A DNA stretch of 64,000 bases from the human T2T-CHM13v2.0 reference genome, Homo sapiens. Both the position numbers and the translations under genes were made by a program. The DNA lies in the NCBI RefSeq assembly GCF_009914755.1, contig NC_060941.1. One strand, given 5' to 3'. The notes under the pieces are model-generated. The model was not told where the DNA came from. It ran no database searches and saw only the letters and a list, made by a program, of their open reading frames with translations. This document shows, piece by piece, positions 1 to 15,518 of this stretch (positions within the stretch are counted from its first letter, which is position 1; every line of letters starts with the position of its first letter).

Positions 1-3000
1 TGAGGCCTGTGGTGAAAAAGGAAATATCTTCACATAAAAACTGCACAGAAGCATTCTGAAAAACTTCTTTGTGATGTTTGCTTTCAACTCACTGAGTTGA
101 ACATTCGTTTTCATAGAGCAGTTTTGAAATACTATTTTTGTAGAATTTGCAATTGGATATTTGGTCCACTTTGAAGCCTTCGTTGGAAACGGGATACCTT
201 CAGATAAACACCAGACAGAAGCATTCTCAGAAACTTCTATTTGATGTGTGTATTCAACTCACAAAGTTGAACCTTTCTTTTGATAGAGCCGTTTTGAAAC
301 ACTGTTTTTGTAGAATCTGCAAATGGACATTTGGAGCGCTTTGAGGCCTAAGGGGAAAAAGAAATATCTTCACATAAAAACTGCACAGAAGCATTCTCAG
401 AAACTTCTTTGTGCTCTTTGCTTTCAACTCACAGAGTTGAGCATTCCCTTTCATAGAGCAGTTTTGAAACACTCTTTTTGTAGGATTTGCAAGTGGATAT
501 TTGGACCACTTTGCGGCCTTCGTTGGAAACGGGATATCTTCACATAAACACCAGACAGAAGCATTCTTAGAAAGTTCTTTTTGATGCGTGCATTCTACTC
601 ACACAGTTGAACCTTTCATTTGATAGAGCTGTTTTGAAACACTATTTTTGTAGAATCTGCAAGTGGACGTTTGGAGTGTTTTGAGGCCTATGGTGAAAAA
701 GAAATATCTTCACATAAAAACTACACAGAAGCATTCTCAGAAACTTGTTTTTCCTGCTTGCTTTCAACTCACAGAGTTGAACATTCCTTTTCATAGAGCA
801 GTTTTGATACACTATTTTTGTGGAATTTGCAAGTCGATATTTGTACCACTTTGAGGCCTTCGTTGGAAACGGAATACCTTCACATAAAAACTAGACAGAA
901 GCATTGACAGAAACTTCTTTGTGATGTATGCATTCAACACATAGAGTTTAACTTTTCTTTTGATAGAGCAGTTTTGAAAGACTCTTTTTGAAGAATCTGC
1001 AAGTGGACATTTGGAGCCCTTTGAGGACAATGAAGAAAAACGAAATATCTTCATATAAAAACAATACAGAGGCATTCTCAGAAACTTCTTTGTAATGTGT
1101 GCATTCAACTCACAGAGTTGAACCTTTCTTTTCATAGAGGAGATTTGAAAAACTCTTTCTGTTGAATTTGCAAGTGGATTTTTGGACCGCTCAGAGGCCT
1201 TCATTGGAAACGGGATATCTTCACATTTAAAACTAGACAGAAGCATTCTCAGAAACTTTTTTGTGAGGTGTGCATTCAACTCACAGAGATGAACCTTTCT
1301 TTTGATAGAGCAGTTTTGAAGCACTCTTTTTTTAGGATCTTCAAGTGGACATTTTGAGCGCTTTGATGCCTTTGCTGAAAAAGGAAAAATTAGCACAGAA
1401 AAACTAGACAGATGCATTCTCAGAAACTTCTTTGTGATGAGTGCATTCAACTCACAGAGTTGAATCTTTGTTTTGATAGAGCAGTTTTGAAACACTCTTT
1501 TTGTAGAACCTGCAAGTGGACATTTGGAGCGCTTTGAATCCTACGATGAAAAAGGAAATATCTTCACATGATAATTGCATAGAAGCATTCTTAGAAACTT
1601 CTCTGTGCTGTTTGCTTTCAACTCACAGAGTTGAACATTCCTTTTCATAGAGCAGATTTGAAACACTCTTTTTGTGGAATTTGCTAGTCGATATTTGTAC
1701 CACTTTGAGGCCACTGTTGGAAATGGAATACCTTCACATAAAAACTAGATAGAAGCTTTGAGAGAAATTTCTTTGTAATGTGTGCATTCAACTCACAGAG
1801 TTGAACCTTTCTTTTGATAGAGCAGTTTTGAAAGACTCTTTTTGTAGAATCTGCAAATGGACATTTGGAGCGCTTTGAGGCCAATGGAGGAAAATCAAAT
1901 CTCTTCACATAAAAACTATATAGAAGCATTCTCAGAAACTTTTTGTGATGTGTGCATTCAACTCACTGAGTTGAACCTTTCTTTTCATAGAGCAGATTTG
2001 AAACACTCTTTCTGCTGAATTTGCAAGTGTATATTTGGACCTCTTAGAGGCCTTCGTTGGAAATGGGATATCTTCACATAACTAGACAGAAGTATTCACA
2101 GGAAATTTTTTGTGATGTGTGCATTCAACTCAGAGAGTTTAACCTTTCTTTTGATGGAGAAGTTTTGAAACATTCTTTTGGTAAAATCTGCAAGTGAACA
2201 TTTGGAGAGCTTTGAGGTTAATGGTGAAAAAGGAAATATCTTCACTTAAAAACTACACAGAAGCATTCTCAGAAACTTCTTTGTGACGTTTGCTTTCAAC
2301 TCAGAGAGTTGAACATTAATTTCCATATGGCAGTTTTGAAACACTCTTTATGTTGAATTTGCATGTGGATATTTGGAGCACTTTGAGGCTTTCGTTGGAA
2401 ACAGGATATCTTCACATAAAATCTAGACAGAAGCACTCACAGAAACTTCTTTGTAATGTGTGTATCCAACTCACCTAGTTGAACCTTTCTTTTGATAGAG
2501 CAGTTTTGACACACTATTTTTGTAGAATCTGCAAGTGGACATTTCAGCGCTTTGAGGCCTGTGGTGAAAAAGGAAATATGCTCACATAAAAACCACACAG
2601 AAGCACTCTCAGAAACTTCTTTGTGATGTTTGCTTTCAACTCACAGAGTTGAACATTCCATTTCATAGAGCAGTTTTGAAACACTCTTTTTGTAGGATTT
2701 GCAAGTGGATATTTGGACCACTTTGAGGCCTTCGTTGGAAAAGGGATATCTTCACATAAAAACAGAGAGAAGCATTCTCAGAAACTTCTTTGTGATGAGT
2801 GCATTGAACTCACAGAGTTGAATCTTTCTTTTGATAGAGCAGTTTTGAAGCCCTCTTTTTCTAGAATCTGCAAGTGGACACTTGGTGCGCTTTGAGGCAT
2901 ATGGTGAAAAAGGGAATACCTTCACATAAAAACTACACAGGAGTGTTCTCAGAATCTTCTTTGTGATGTGTGCATTCAACTCACAGAGTGGAACCTCTCT

Positions 3001-5110
3001 TTTGATAGAGCCGTTTTGAAACACTATTTTTGTGGAATTTGAATGTCGATATTTGTACCACTTTGAGGCCTTCTTTGGAAACGGAATACCTTCACATAAA
3101 AACTGGACAGAAGCATTGACAGAAACTTCCTTGAGATGTATGCATTCATCTCACAGTTTTGAACCTTTCTTTTGATAGAGTGGTTTTGAAAGACTCTTTT
3201 TGCAGAATCTACAAGTGGACATTTGGAGCGCTTTGAGGCCAATGGAGAAAAGCGAAATCTCTTCACAGAAAAACTACACGGAAGCATTCTCAGAAACTTC
3301 TTTGTGATGTTTGCTTTCAACTCACAGAGTTGAACATTCCTTTTCATAGAGCAGATTTGAAACACTCTTTTTGTGGAATTTGCAAGTCGATATTTTTACC
3401 ACTTTGAGGCCTTCATTGGAAACGGAATACCTTCACATAAAAACTAGATAGAAGCATTGAGAGAAACTTCTTTGTAATGTATGCATTCATCTCACAGAAT
3501 TGAACCTTTTTTTTGATAGAGCAGTCTTGAAAGCCTCTTTTTGTAGAATCTGCAACTGGACATTTGGTGTGCTTTGAGGCCAATGGAGGAAAATGAAATC
3601 TCTTCACATAAAAACTATACAGAAGCATTCTCAGAAACTTTTTTGTGATGAGTGCATTCATCTCACAGAGTTGAACTTTCTTTTGATAGAGCGGTTTTGA
3701 AATACTCTTTTTGTAGAATCTGCAAGTGGACATTTATAGTGTTTTGAGGTCTACAGTGAAAAAGGGAATATCTTCACATAAAAACTGCACAGAAGAATTC
3801 TCAGAAACTTCTTTGTGATCTGTGCATTCAACTCACAGAGATGAACCTTTCTTTTGATAGAGCTGTTTTGAAAAACACTTTTTGAAGTATCTGCAAGTGG
3901 ACATTTGGAGTGCTTTGAGGCCTTTAGTGAAAAAGGAAATATTTTCACATAAAAACTAGACAGAGGCATCTCAGAAGCTTCTTTGTGATGTTTGCTTTCA
4001 ACTCACAGAGTTCAACTTTCCTTTTCATAGAGCAGTTTTGAAACACTCTTTTTGTAGAATTTGCAAGTGGATATTTGGACCACTTTGAGGCCTTCGTTGG
4101 AAACGGGATATCTTTACACAAAAACTAGACAGAAGAATTCACATAAACTTCTTCGTGATGTATGCATCCAAGTCACAGAGTTGAAACTTTCTTTTGAAAG
4201 AGCAGTTTTGAAACACACTTTTTGTAGAATCTGCAAGTGGACATTTGGAGCGCTTTGAGGCCAGTGGTGAAAAAGGAAATATCTTCACCTAAAAACTGCA
4301 CAGAAGCATTCTCAGAAACTTCTTTGTGCTTTTTGCTTTCAACACACAGAGTTGAACATTCGTTTTAATAGAACAGTTTTGAAACACTCTTTTTGTGGAA
4401 TTTGCTAGTGGATATTTCTACCACTTTGAGGCCTTCATTGGAAATGGAATACCTTCCCATAAAAACTAGACAGAAGCATTGACAGAAACTTCTTTGTGAT
4501 GTATGCATTCAACTCACAGAGTTCAACTTTTCTTTTGATAGAGCAGTTTTGAAACACTCTTTTTGTAGAATCTGCAAGTGGACGTTTGGAGCGCTTTGAG
4601 GCCAATGGAGAAAAACGAAATCTCTTCACATAAAAACTACACAGAAGCATTCGAAGAAACTTCTTTGTCATGTGTGCATTCAACTCACAGAGCTGAACCT
4701 TTCTTTTCATAGAGCAGTTTTGAAACACTCTTTGTATAATTTGCAAGTGTATATTTGGACTGCTTAGAGGCCTTCATTGGAAATGGGATATCTTCACATG
4801 AAAACTAGACAGCAGCATTCTCAGAAACTTCTTTGTGATGTGTGCATTCAACTCACAGAGATGAAACTTTCTTTTGTTAGATCAGTTTTGAAACACTCTT
4901 TTTGTAGAATCTGCAAGTGGACAATTGGAGCTCTTTGAGGCCTATGGTGAAAAAGGAAATATCTTTCCATAAAAACTAGACAAAGTCATTCTCAGGAACT
5001 TCTTTGTGATGAGTGCATTCAACTCACAGAGTTGAATCTTTATTTTGATACAGCAGTTTTGAAACACTCTTTTTGTAGATTCTGCAAGTGGACATTTAGA
5101 GTGCTTTGAG
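1..5110 (+). repeat. Alpha satellite, layer A (A/B-type monomers, divergent HOR-like reiteration)
   Basis: ~171-bp tandem monomers (cagaagcattctcagaaacttctttgtgatg...tcaactcacagagttgaac...gagcagttttgaaacactctttttgtagaatctgcaagtgga). CENP-B boxes at 178, 518 and 4092. Local signatures: aaaactgcacag, tttgctttcaac, ggaatacc. The right boundary is approximate. Confidence 0.95.
178..194 (+). other. CENP-B box (canonical)
   Basis: cttcgttggaaacggga matches YTTCGTTGGAARCGGGA. A second canonical copy lies 340 bp downstream at 518-534, and a third at 4092-4108. Confidence 0.9.
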
Positions 5111-8100
5111 GCCTATGTTGAAGAGGGGAATAGCTTCACATGAAAAGTAGACAGAAGCATTCTCAGAAACTTCTTTGTGATGTGTGCATTCAACTCACAG
5201 AGTTGAACGTTCCTTTTGATAGAGCAGTTTTGAAACACTCCTTTTGAAGTATCTGCAAGTGGATATTTGAAGTGCTTTGAGGTCTACGTTGGAAACGAGA
5301 ATAGCTTCACATAAAAAGTAGAAAGAAGCATTCTCAGAAACTTCTTTGTGATGTGTGCATTCAACTCACAGAATTGAACCTTCGTTTTGAAAGTGCCATT
5401 TTTAAACACTCTTTTTGTAGAATCTGCAAGTGGATATTTGGACGGTTTTGAAGCCTACAGTAGAAAAGGAAGTATCTTCATACAATAACTAGACAGAAGC
5501 TTTCTCAGAAGCTACTTTGTGATGTTTGCATTCAACGCATAGAGTTGAACCTTCCTTTTGATAGAGTAGTTTTGAAACACTCTTTTTGAAGAATCTGCAA
5601 GTGGATATTTGGAGGGCTTTGAGGCCTTTGTTGGAAACGGAAATAACTTCACATAAAAAGCAGACAGAAGCATTCTCAGAAACTTCTTTGCGATGTGTGC
5701 ATTAAACTAATGGAGTTGAGCCTTCATTTTGATACAGCAGTTTTGAAAGATGCTTTTTGTAGAATATGCAAGTGGATATTTTGATGGCTTTAAGGCCTTC
5801 GGTGTATATGGGAATATCTTCACATAAAAACTAGACAAAAGCATTCTCAAAAACTTCTTTGTGATGTGTGCATTCAACTCACAGAATTGAACGTTCCTTT
5901 TGAAAGGGCAGTCTTGAAACACTCTTTTTGTAGAATCTGCAAGTGGATATTTAGACCGTTTTGAGGTCTACGGTAGATAAGGGAATATCTTTATATAAAA
6001 ACTAGACAGAAGCATTCTCAGAAACTACTTTGTGATGTGTGCATTCAACTCACAGAGTTGAAGATTCCTTTTCATAGAGCAGTTTTGAAACACTCTTTTT
6101 GTAGAATCTGCAAGTGAATATTTGGACCGCTTTGAGGCCTTCGTTGGAAAAGGGAATAGCTTCACATAAAAAGTAGACAGAAACATTCTCAGAAACTTCT
6201 CTGTGATGTGTGCATTCAACTCACAGAGTTGAATATTCCCTTTGACAGAGCTGTTTTGAAACACTCTTTTTGTAGAATCTGCAAGAGGACATTTGGAGCG
6301 CTATGAAGCCTGTGGAGGAAAAGGAAATATCTTCACATAGAAACTACACAGAAGCATTCTCAAAAAGTCTTTTGTGGTGTGTGCATTCAACTCACAGAGT
6401 TGAACTTTTCCTCTGATAGAGCAGTTTTGAAACACCCTTTTTGTAAAATTTGTAAGTGTACATTTGGAGCTCTTTGAGGCCTGTGGTGGAAAAGGAAATA
6501 CATTCACATCGAAACTAGAGAAAAGCATTCTCAGAAACTACTTTGTGACGTGCGCATTGAACTTACAGAGTTAAACCTTCCTTTTGATAGAGTAGTTTTG
6601 AAACACTCTTCATGTAGAAACTGCATGTGGATATTTGGAACGAATTTACTCCTTCGTAGGAAAAGGGAATAGCTTCACATAAAAAGTAGACAGAAACATT
6701 CTGAGAAACTTCTTTGTGATGTGTGCATTCAACCCACAGAATTGAACCTTCCTTTTGATGGAGCAATTTTGAATCACTCTTTTTGCAGAATTTGCAAGTG
6801 GACATTTGGAGCTCTTTGAGAACTGTGGTGGAAAAGGATATATCTTCAAATAGAAAATAGAAGCGTTCTCAGAAACTTCTTCATGATATGTGCATTCAAC
6901 TCACAGAATTGAACCTTCCTTTGAAAGTGCAGTTTTGAAACACTCTTTTTGTAGAATCTGCAAGTGGATGTTTCTACCTTTTTGAGGCCTATAGTGGAAA
7001 AGGAAATATCTTCATATAAAGGTAGACAGAAGCATTCTCAGAAACTAATTTGTGACGTGTGAATTCAACTCACAGAGTTGAAAATTCCTTATCACAGAGC
7101 AGTTTTGAAACACTCTTTTTGTAGAATCTGCAAGTGGATATTTTTATCGCTTTGTGGCCTTCATTGGAAACGGGAATAGCTTCACATAAAAAGTAGACAG
7201 AAGCATTCTCAGAAACTTCTTTTTGATGTGTGCATTCAACTCACAGAGTTGAACATTCCTTTTGACAGAGCAGTTTTGAAACACTTTTTGTAGAATCTGC
7301 AAGTGGACATTTGGAGCGCTTTGTGGCCTGTGGTGGAAAAGGAAGTATCTTCACATAGAAACTAAGAGAAGCATTCTCAGAAACTTCTTTGTGATGTGTG
7401 CATTCAACTCACACAGTAGAACATTCCTTTTGATAGAGCAGTTTTGCATCACTCTTTTTGTAGAATTTGCAAGTGGACATTTGGAGCTCTTTGAGGACTG
7501 TGGTGGAAAAGGATATATCTTCACATAGGAACTAGAGGAAGCATTCTCAGAAACTTCTTTGTGATGTGTGCATTCAACTCAGAATAGAACATTCCTTTTG
7601 ACAGAGCAGTTTTTAAACACTCTTTTTTTAGAATCTGCAAGTGGACATTAGGAGCACTTTGAAGCCTGTGGTGGAAAAGGATATATCTTCACATAGAAAC
7701 TAGACAGAAGCATTCTCAGAAACTTCTTTGTGATGTGTGCATTAAACTTAAAGAGTTGAACCATCCTTCTGATACAGCAGTTTTGAATCATTCTTTTTGT
7801 AGAATTTGCAAGTGGACATTTGGAGCTCTTTGAGGACTGTGGTAGAAAAGGATATATCTTCACATAGAAACTAGAGAGAAGCATTCTCAGGTATCCCTTT
7901 GTGATGTGTATATTCAACTGACGGAGTTTAACTTCCCTTTTGATAGATCCCTTTTGAAACACTCTTTTTGTAGAATCTGCAAGTGGGTATTTGGAGCGCT
8001 TTGAGGCCATTGTAGGAAACGGGAATAGCTTCACATAAAAAGTAGACGGAAACATTCTCAGAAACTACCTTGTGATGTGTGCATTTAACTCACAGAGTTG

Positions 8101-11100
8101 AACATTCCTTTTGACAGAGCAGTTTTGAAAAACTGTTTTTGCAGAATATGCAAGTGTATATTTGGAGCGCTTTGAGGCCTGTGTGGAAAAGGAAATATCT
8201 TCACATAGAAACTAGACAGAAGCATTCTCAGAAACTTCTTTGTGATGTGTGCATTCAACTAACAGAGTTGAAGCTTCCTTTTTATAGAGCAGTTTTGAAA
8301 CACGCTTTTTGTAGAATCTGCAAGTGGATATTTTGACGGCTTTGAGGCCTTTGGTGTAAATGGGAGTATCTTCACATACAAACTAGACAAAAGCATTCTC
8401 AAAAACTTCTTCATGATGTGTGCATTCAACTAACCGAACTGAACCTTCCTTTTGGAAAAGGAAATATCTTCACATAGAAACTAGACAGAAGGATTATCAC
8501 ACACTTCTTTGTGATGTGTGCATTCACCTCACAGAGTAGAACATTCCTTTTGACAGACCAGTTTTGAAACAGTCTTTTTGTGGAATCTGCAAGTGGACAT
8601 TAGGAGCGCCTTGAGGCCTGTGGCGGAAAAGGATATATCTTCACATAGAAACTAGAGAGAAGCATTCTCATAAAGTTCTTTGTGGTGTGTGCATTCAACT
8701 CACAGAATTGAACCTTCGTTTTGAAATTTCCATTTTGAAACCCTCTTTTTGTAGAATCTGCAAGTGGATATTTGAACCGTTTTGAGGCCTACAGTATAAA
8801 AGGAAATATCTTCATACTAAAACTAGACAGAAGCATTCTCAGGAGCTACATTTTGATGTTTGCATTCAACTCACAGAGTTGAACCTTCCTTTGCATGGAG
8901 CAGTTTTGAGACCCTGTTTTTTAAGTTTCTGCAAGTGGATATTTGGAGTGCGTTGAGGCCTTCATTGGAAACAGGAGGAGCTTCACATAAAAAGTAGAAA
9001 GAAGCATTTTCAGAAACTTCTTTGTGATGTGTGCATTCAACTCACACAGTAGAACATTCCTTTCGACAGAGCAGTATTGAAACACTCTTTTTGTAGAATC
9101 TACAAGTGGACATTAAGAGCGCTTTGAGGCCTGTGTTGGAAAAGGATATATCTTCATATAAAAACTAGACATAAGCATTCTCAGAGACTTCCTTCTGACG
9201 TGTACATTCAACACACAGAGTTGATAGAGCCCTTTTGAAACATTCTTTTTGTAGAATCTGCAAGTTGATATTTGGAGCGCTTGGAGGCCTTCGCAGGAAA
9301 CGGGAATAGCTTTACATAGAAACTAGACAGAAGCATTCTCAGAGACTACTTTGTGATGTGTACATTCAACTCAGAGAGTTGAACATCCCTTTAGATAGAG
9401 CCATTTTGAAACCCTCTTTTTGTAGAATTTGCAAGTGGATATTTGGAGCGCTTTGAGGCCTTCGTTGGAAACGGAATAGCTTCAAAGAAAAAGTAGACAG
9501 AAGCATTCTCAGAAACTTCTTTGTGATGCTTGCATTCAACTAACAGTGTTGAACTTTCCTTTTGATAGGACAGCTTTGAAACACTCTTTTTGAAGTATCT
9601 GCAAGTGGATATTTGGAGTGCTTTGAGACCTTCATTGGAAAAGGGAATAGCTCCACATAAAAATAGAGAGAAGCATTCTGAAAAACTAATTTGTGATGTG
9701 TGCATTCAACTAACAGAGTTAAACCTTCCTTTTGATAGAGCAGTTTTGAAACACTCTTTTTGAAGAATCTGCAACTGGATATTTGGATTGCTTTGAGGCC
9801 TTCATTGGAAACGGGAGTAGCATGCCATGAAAAAGTAGACAGAAGTATTCTCAGAAACTTCTTTGTGATGTGTGCATTTAACTAAAAGATTTGAACCTTC
9901 CTTTTGATAGAGCAGTTTTGAAACACTCTTTTTGAAGAATCTGCACGTGGATATTTGGAGTGCTATGAGGCCTGTGGTAGAAAATGAAATATCTTCATAT
10001 AAAAACTAGACAGAAGCATTCTCAGAGACTACTTTGTGATGTGTACATTCAACTCACAGAATTGAACATCCCTTTAGATAGAGCCCTTCTGAGACAGACT
10101 TTTTGTAGAATCTGCAAGTGGATATTTGGAGCACTTTGAGGCCTTCATTGGAAACGGGAGTAGCTTCACTTAAAAAGTAGACAGAATCATTCTCAGAAAC
10201 TTCTTTGTAATGTGTGCATTCAACTCACGGAGTTGAACATTCCTTTTGAAAGAGCTGTTTTGAAACACTCTTTTTGTAGAATCTGCAAGTGGACATTTGG
10301 AGCGCTTTGAGGCCTGTGTGGAAAAAAAAAATCTTCGCAGAGAAGCTAGACAGCAGCATTCTCAAAAACTTCTTTGTGATGTGTGCATTCAACTAACAGA
10401 GTTGAACTTTCCTTTTGATAGAGCAGTTTTGAAACATGCTTTTTGTAGAATCTGCAAGTGGATATTTTGACGACTTTGAGGCATTCCGTGTAAATGGGAA
10501 TATCTTCACATAAAAACTAGACAAAAGAATTCTCAAAAACTCCTTTGTGATGTGCGCATTCAACTCACAGAATTGAAAATTCCTTTTGAAACAGCAGTTT
10601 TGAAACACTCTTTTTGTAGAATCTGCATGTGGACATTTGGAGTGATTTCAGGCCTGTGGTGGAAAAGGAAATATCTTCTCATAGAAACTTGACAGAAGCA
10701 TTCCCAGAATCTTCTTGTGATGTGCACATTCAGCTCAACGAGTTGAACATCCCTTTTGAGAGAGCCCTTTTGAAACACACTTTTTGTAGAATCTGTAAGT
10801 GGATATTTGGACCACTTTTAGGCCTATGGTGGAAACGGGAATAGCTTGACATAAAAAGTAGACAGAAGAATTATCAGAAACTACTTTGTGATGTGTGCAT
10901 TCAAGTCACAGAGTTGAACCTTTTTTTTGAAAGAGCAGTTGTGAACCACTCTTTGAATGTGCAAGTGGACAGTTGGAGCTCTTTGAGGCCTGTGGTGGAA
11001 AAGGAAATATCTTCAAATAGAAACTAGACGGAAGCATTCTCAGAAACTTCTTTGTGATGTGTGCATTATACTTACAGAGTTGGACCTTCCTTTTGACAGA

Positions 11101-13492
11101 GCAGTTTTGAAACACTTTTTGTAGAAACTGCTTGTGGATATTTGGACCGATTTGAGGCCTTCGTTGGAATAGGGAATAGCTTCTAAAAAAAAAGGAGACA
11201 GAAGCATTCTCAGAAACTTCTTTGTAATGTGTTCATTAAACACACAGAGTGGAAATTTCTTCTGATAGAGCAGTTTAGAAACACTATTTTTGTAGAATCT
11301 GCAAATGGACATTTGGAGCGCTTTCAGGCCTGTGGTGGAAAAGGAAATATCTTCACAGAGATACTAGACAGAAGCATTCACAAAAACTTCTTTGTTATGT
11401 GTACATTCAACTCACAGAATTGAACATCCCTTTTGATAGAGCAGTTTTGAACACGGTATTTGAAGAATCTGCAAGTGGATATTTTGACGGATTTGACGCC
11501 TTCAGTGGATATGGGAATATCTTCACATTAAAACTAGACAGAAGCATTCTCAAAAACAACTTTGTGATGTGTGCATTCAACTCACAGAATTGAACTTTCC
11601 TTTTGAAAGAGCAGTTTTGAAACACTCTTTTTCTAGTATCTGCAAGTGGATATTTGGGCCGCTTTGAGGCCTATGGCAGAAAAGGAAATATCATCATATA
11701 CAAACTAGACAGAAGCATTCTCAGAAACTACTTTGAGTTGTGTTCATTCAACTCACAGAGTTGAACATTACTTTTGATAGAGCAGTTTTGAAACAATCTT
11801 TTTGTAGAAACTGCAAGTGGATATTTAGACCGATTTGAGGTCTTCGTTAGAAATGAGAATAGCTTCAAATAAAATGAGACTGAAGCATTCTCAGAAACTT
11901 CTTTGTGATGTGTGTATTCAACTCACAGAGTTGAACATTCCTTTTGACAGAGCAGTTTGAAACACTCTTTTAGTACAATCTCCAAGTGGATATTTGGAGG
12001 GCTTTCAGGCTTTTGGTGGAATGGGAATTATCTTCAGATAGAAACTAGAAAGAAGCTTTCTGAGAAACTTCTTTGTGATGTGTACATTCAACTCACAGAA
12101 TTGAACATCCCTTTTGATAGAGTGGTTTTGAAACACTCTTTTTGTAGAATCTGGAAGCAGATATTTGGAGCGCTTTGAGGCCTTCGTGGGAAACGGGAAT
12201 AACTTCACATAAAAAGTAGACAGAAGCATTCTCAGAAACTTCTTTGTGATGTGTGCATTCAACTCACAGAGTTGAACATTCCTTTTGACAGAGCAGTTTT
12301 GAAACACTCTTTTTGTAGAATCTGCAGGTGGACACCTAGAGCGCTTTGAGGCCTCTGGTGGAAAAGGTAATATCTTCACATAGAAACTAGAGAGAAGCAT
12401 TCTAAGAAACCTCCTTTTGATGTGTGCCTTCAACTCAGAGTTGAACCTTCCTTTTGATAGAGCAGTTTTGAAACACTCTTTTTGTAGAAACTGCAATTGG
12501 ATATTTGTACCGATTTGAGGCCTTCGTTAGAAACGGGAATAGCTTCACCTAAAAAGTACACAGAAGCATTCTCAGAAACTTCTTTGTTATCTGTGCATTC
12601 AACTCACAGAGTTGAACATTCTTTTTGAGAGAGCAGTGTTGAAACACTCTTTTTGTAGAATCTTCAAGTGGAGATTTGGAGCGCTTTGAGGCCTGTGTTG
12701 GAAAAGGAAGTATCTTCACATAGAAACTAGACAGAAGCATTCTGAGAAACTTCTTTGTGATATGTGCATTTAACTCATAGAGCTGAACCTTCCTTTTGAT
12801 AGAGCAGTTTTGAAACACTCTTCTTGAAGGATCTGCAAGTGGATATTTGGAGGGCTTTGAGGCCTATGGTAGAAAAGGAAATATCGTCATATAAAATTAG
12901 ACAGAAGCATTCTCAGAAACTACTTTGGATGTTTGCATTCAACTCACAGAGTTGAACATTCCTTTTGACAGAGCAGTTTTGAAACACTCTTTTTGTAGAA
13001 TCTGCAAGAGGACATTTGGAGTGCTTTCAGGCCTGTGGTGGAAAAGGGAATATCTTCACATGGAAACTAGACAGAAGTATTCTCAGAAACTTCTTTGTGA
13101 TGTGTACATTCAACTCACAGATTTGAACAAGTCTTTTGATAGAGCAGTTTTGAAACCCTCTTTTTGTAGAATCTGCAAGTGGATATTTGGACTGCTTTGT
13201 GGCCTTCATTGGAAATGTGGTTATCTTCTCATAAAAACTAGACAGAAGCATTCTCAGAAGCTACTTTGTGATGTGTGTATTCAACTCACAGATTTGAACC
13301 TTCTTTTTGCTAGCACAGATTTGAAACACTCTTTTTCTGGAATCTGCTAAAGGACATTTGGAGGGCTTCGAGGGCTACAGTGGAAAAGGAAATATTTCAC
13401 ATAAACACTAGACAGAAGCCTTCTCAGAAACTTCTTTGTGATATTTGCATTCAACTCACAGAGTTGAACAGAACTTTTCATAGGGCAGTTTT
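5111..13492 (+). repeat. Alpha satellite, layer B (divergent monomeric, SF5/R1-R2-like)
   Basis: 171-bp monomers with irregularly mixed B-type (cttcgttggaaacgggaatagcttcac) and A-type (ctgtggtggaaaaggaaatatc / ctatggtagaaaaggaaatatc) boxes. The family assignment is inferred. Confidence 0.95.
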
Positions 13493-14035
13493 TTAGAAAT
13501 TTTTTTTTGTTTTTTTTTTTTGTTTCTTTTTTATTATTATTATACTTTGTTTTAGGGTACATATGCACAATGTGCAGGTTAGTTACATATTTATACATGT
13601 GCCATGCTGGTGCGCTGCACCCACTAAATCGTCATCTAGCATTAGTTATATCTCCCAATGACATCCCTCCCCCCTTCCCCCCACCCCATAACAGGCCTCA
13701 GAGTGTGATGTTCCCCTTAATGTGTCCATGTGTTCCCATTGTTGAATTCCGACCTATGAGTAAGAATATGCGGTGTTTGGTTTTTTGTCCTTGCGAGAGT
13801 TTACTGAGAATGATAATTTCCAATTTCATCCATGTCCCTACAAAGGACATGAACTCATCATTTTTTATGGCTGCACAGTATTCCAAGGTGTATATGTGCC
13901 ACATTTTCTTAATCCAGCCTATCATTGTTGGACATTTGGATTGGTTCCAAGTTTTTGCTATTGTGAATAGTGCCACAATAAACACACGTGTGCATGTGTT
14001 TTTATAGCAGCATGATTTATAGTCCTTTGGGTATA
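13493..14035 (-). mobile_element. LINE-1 3' fragment (~540 bp, L1PA2/L1PA3-like), no clear TSD
   Basis: Poly-T tract, reverse-complement L1 3'UTR (tagggtacatatgcac...gtcatctagcatt) and ORF2 C-terminus ([11 protein letters not shown]...[24 protein letters not shown]). Confidence 0.95.
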
Positions 14036-15518
<1,483 letters not shown>

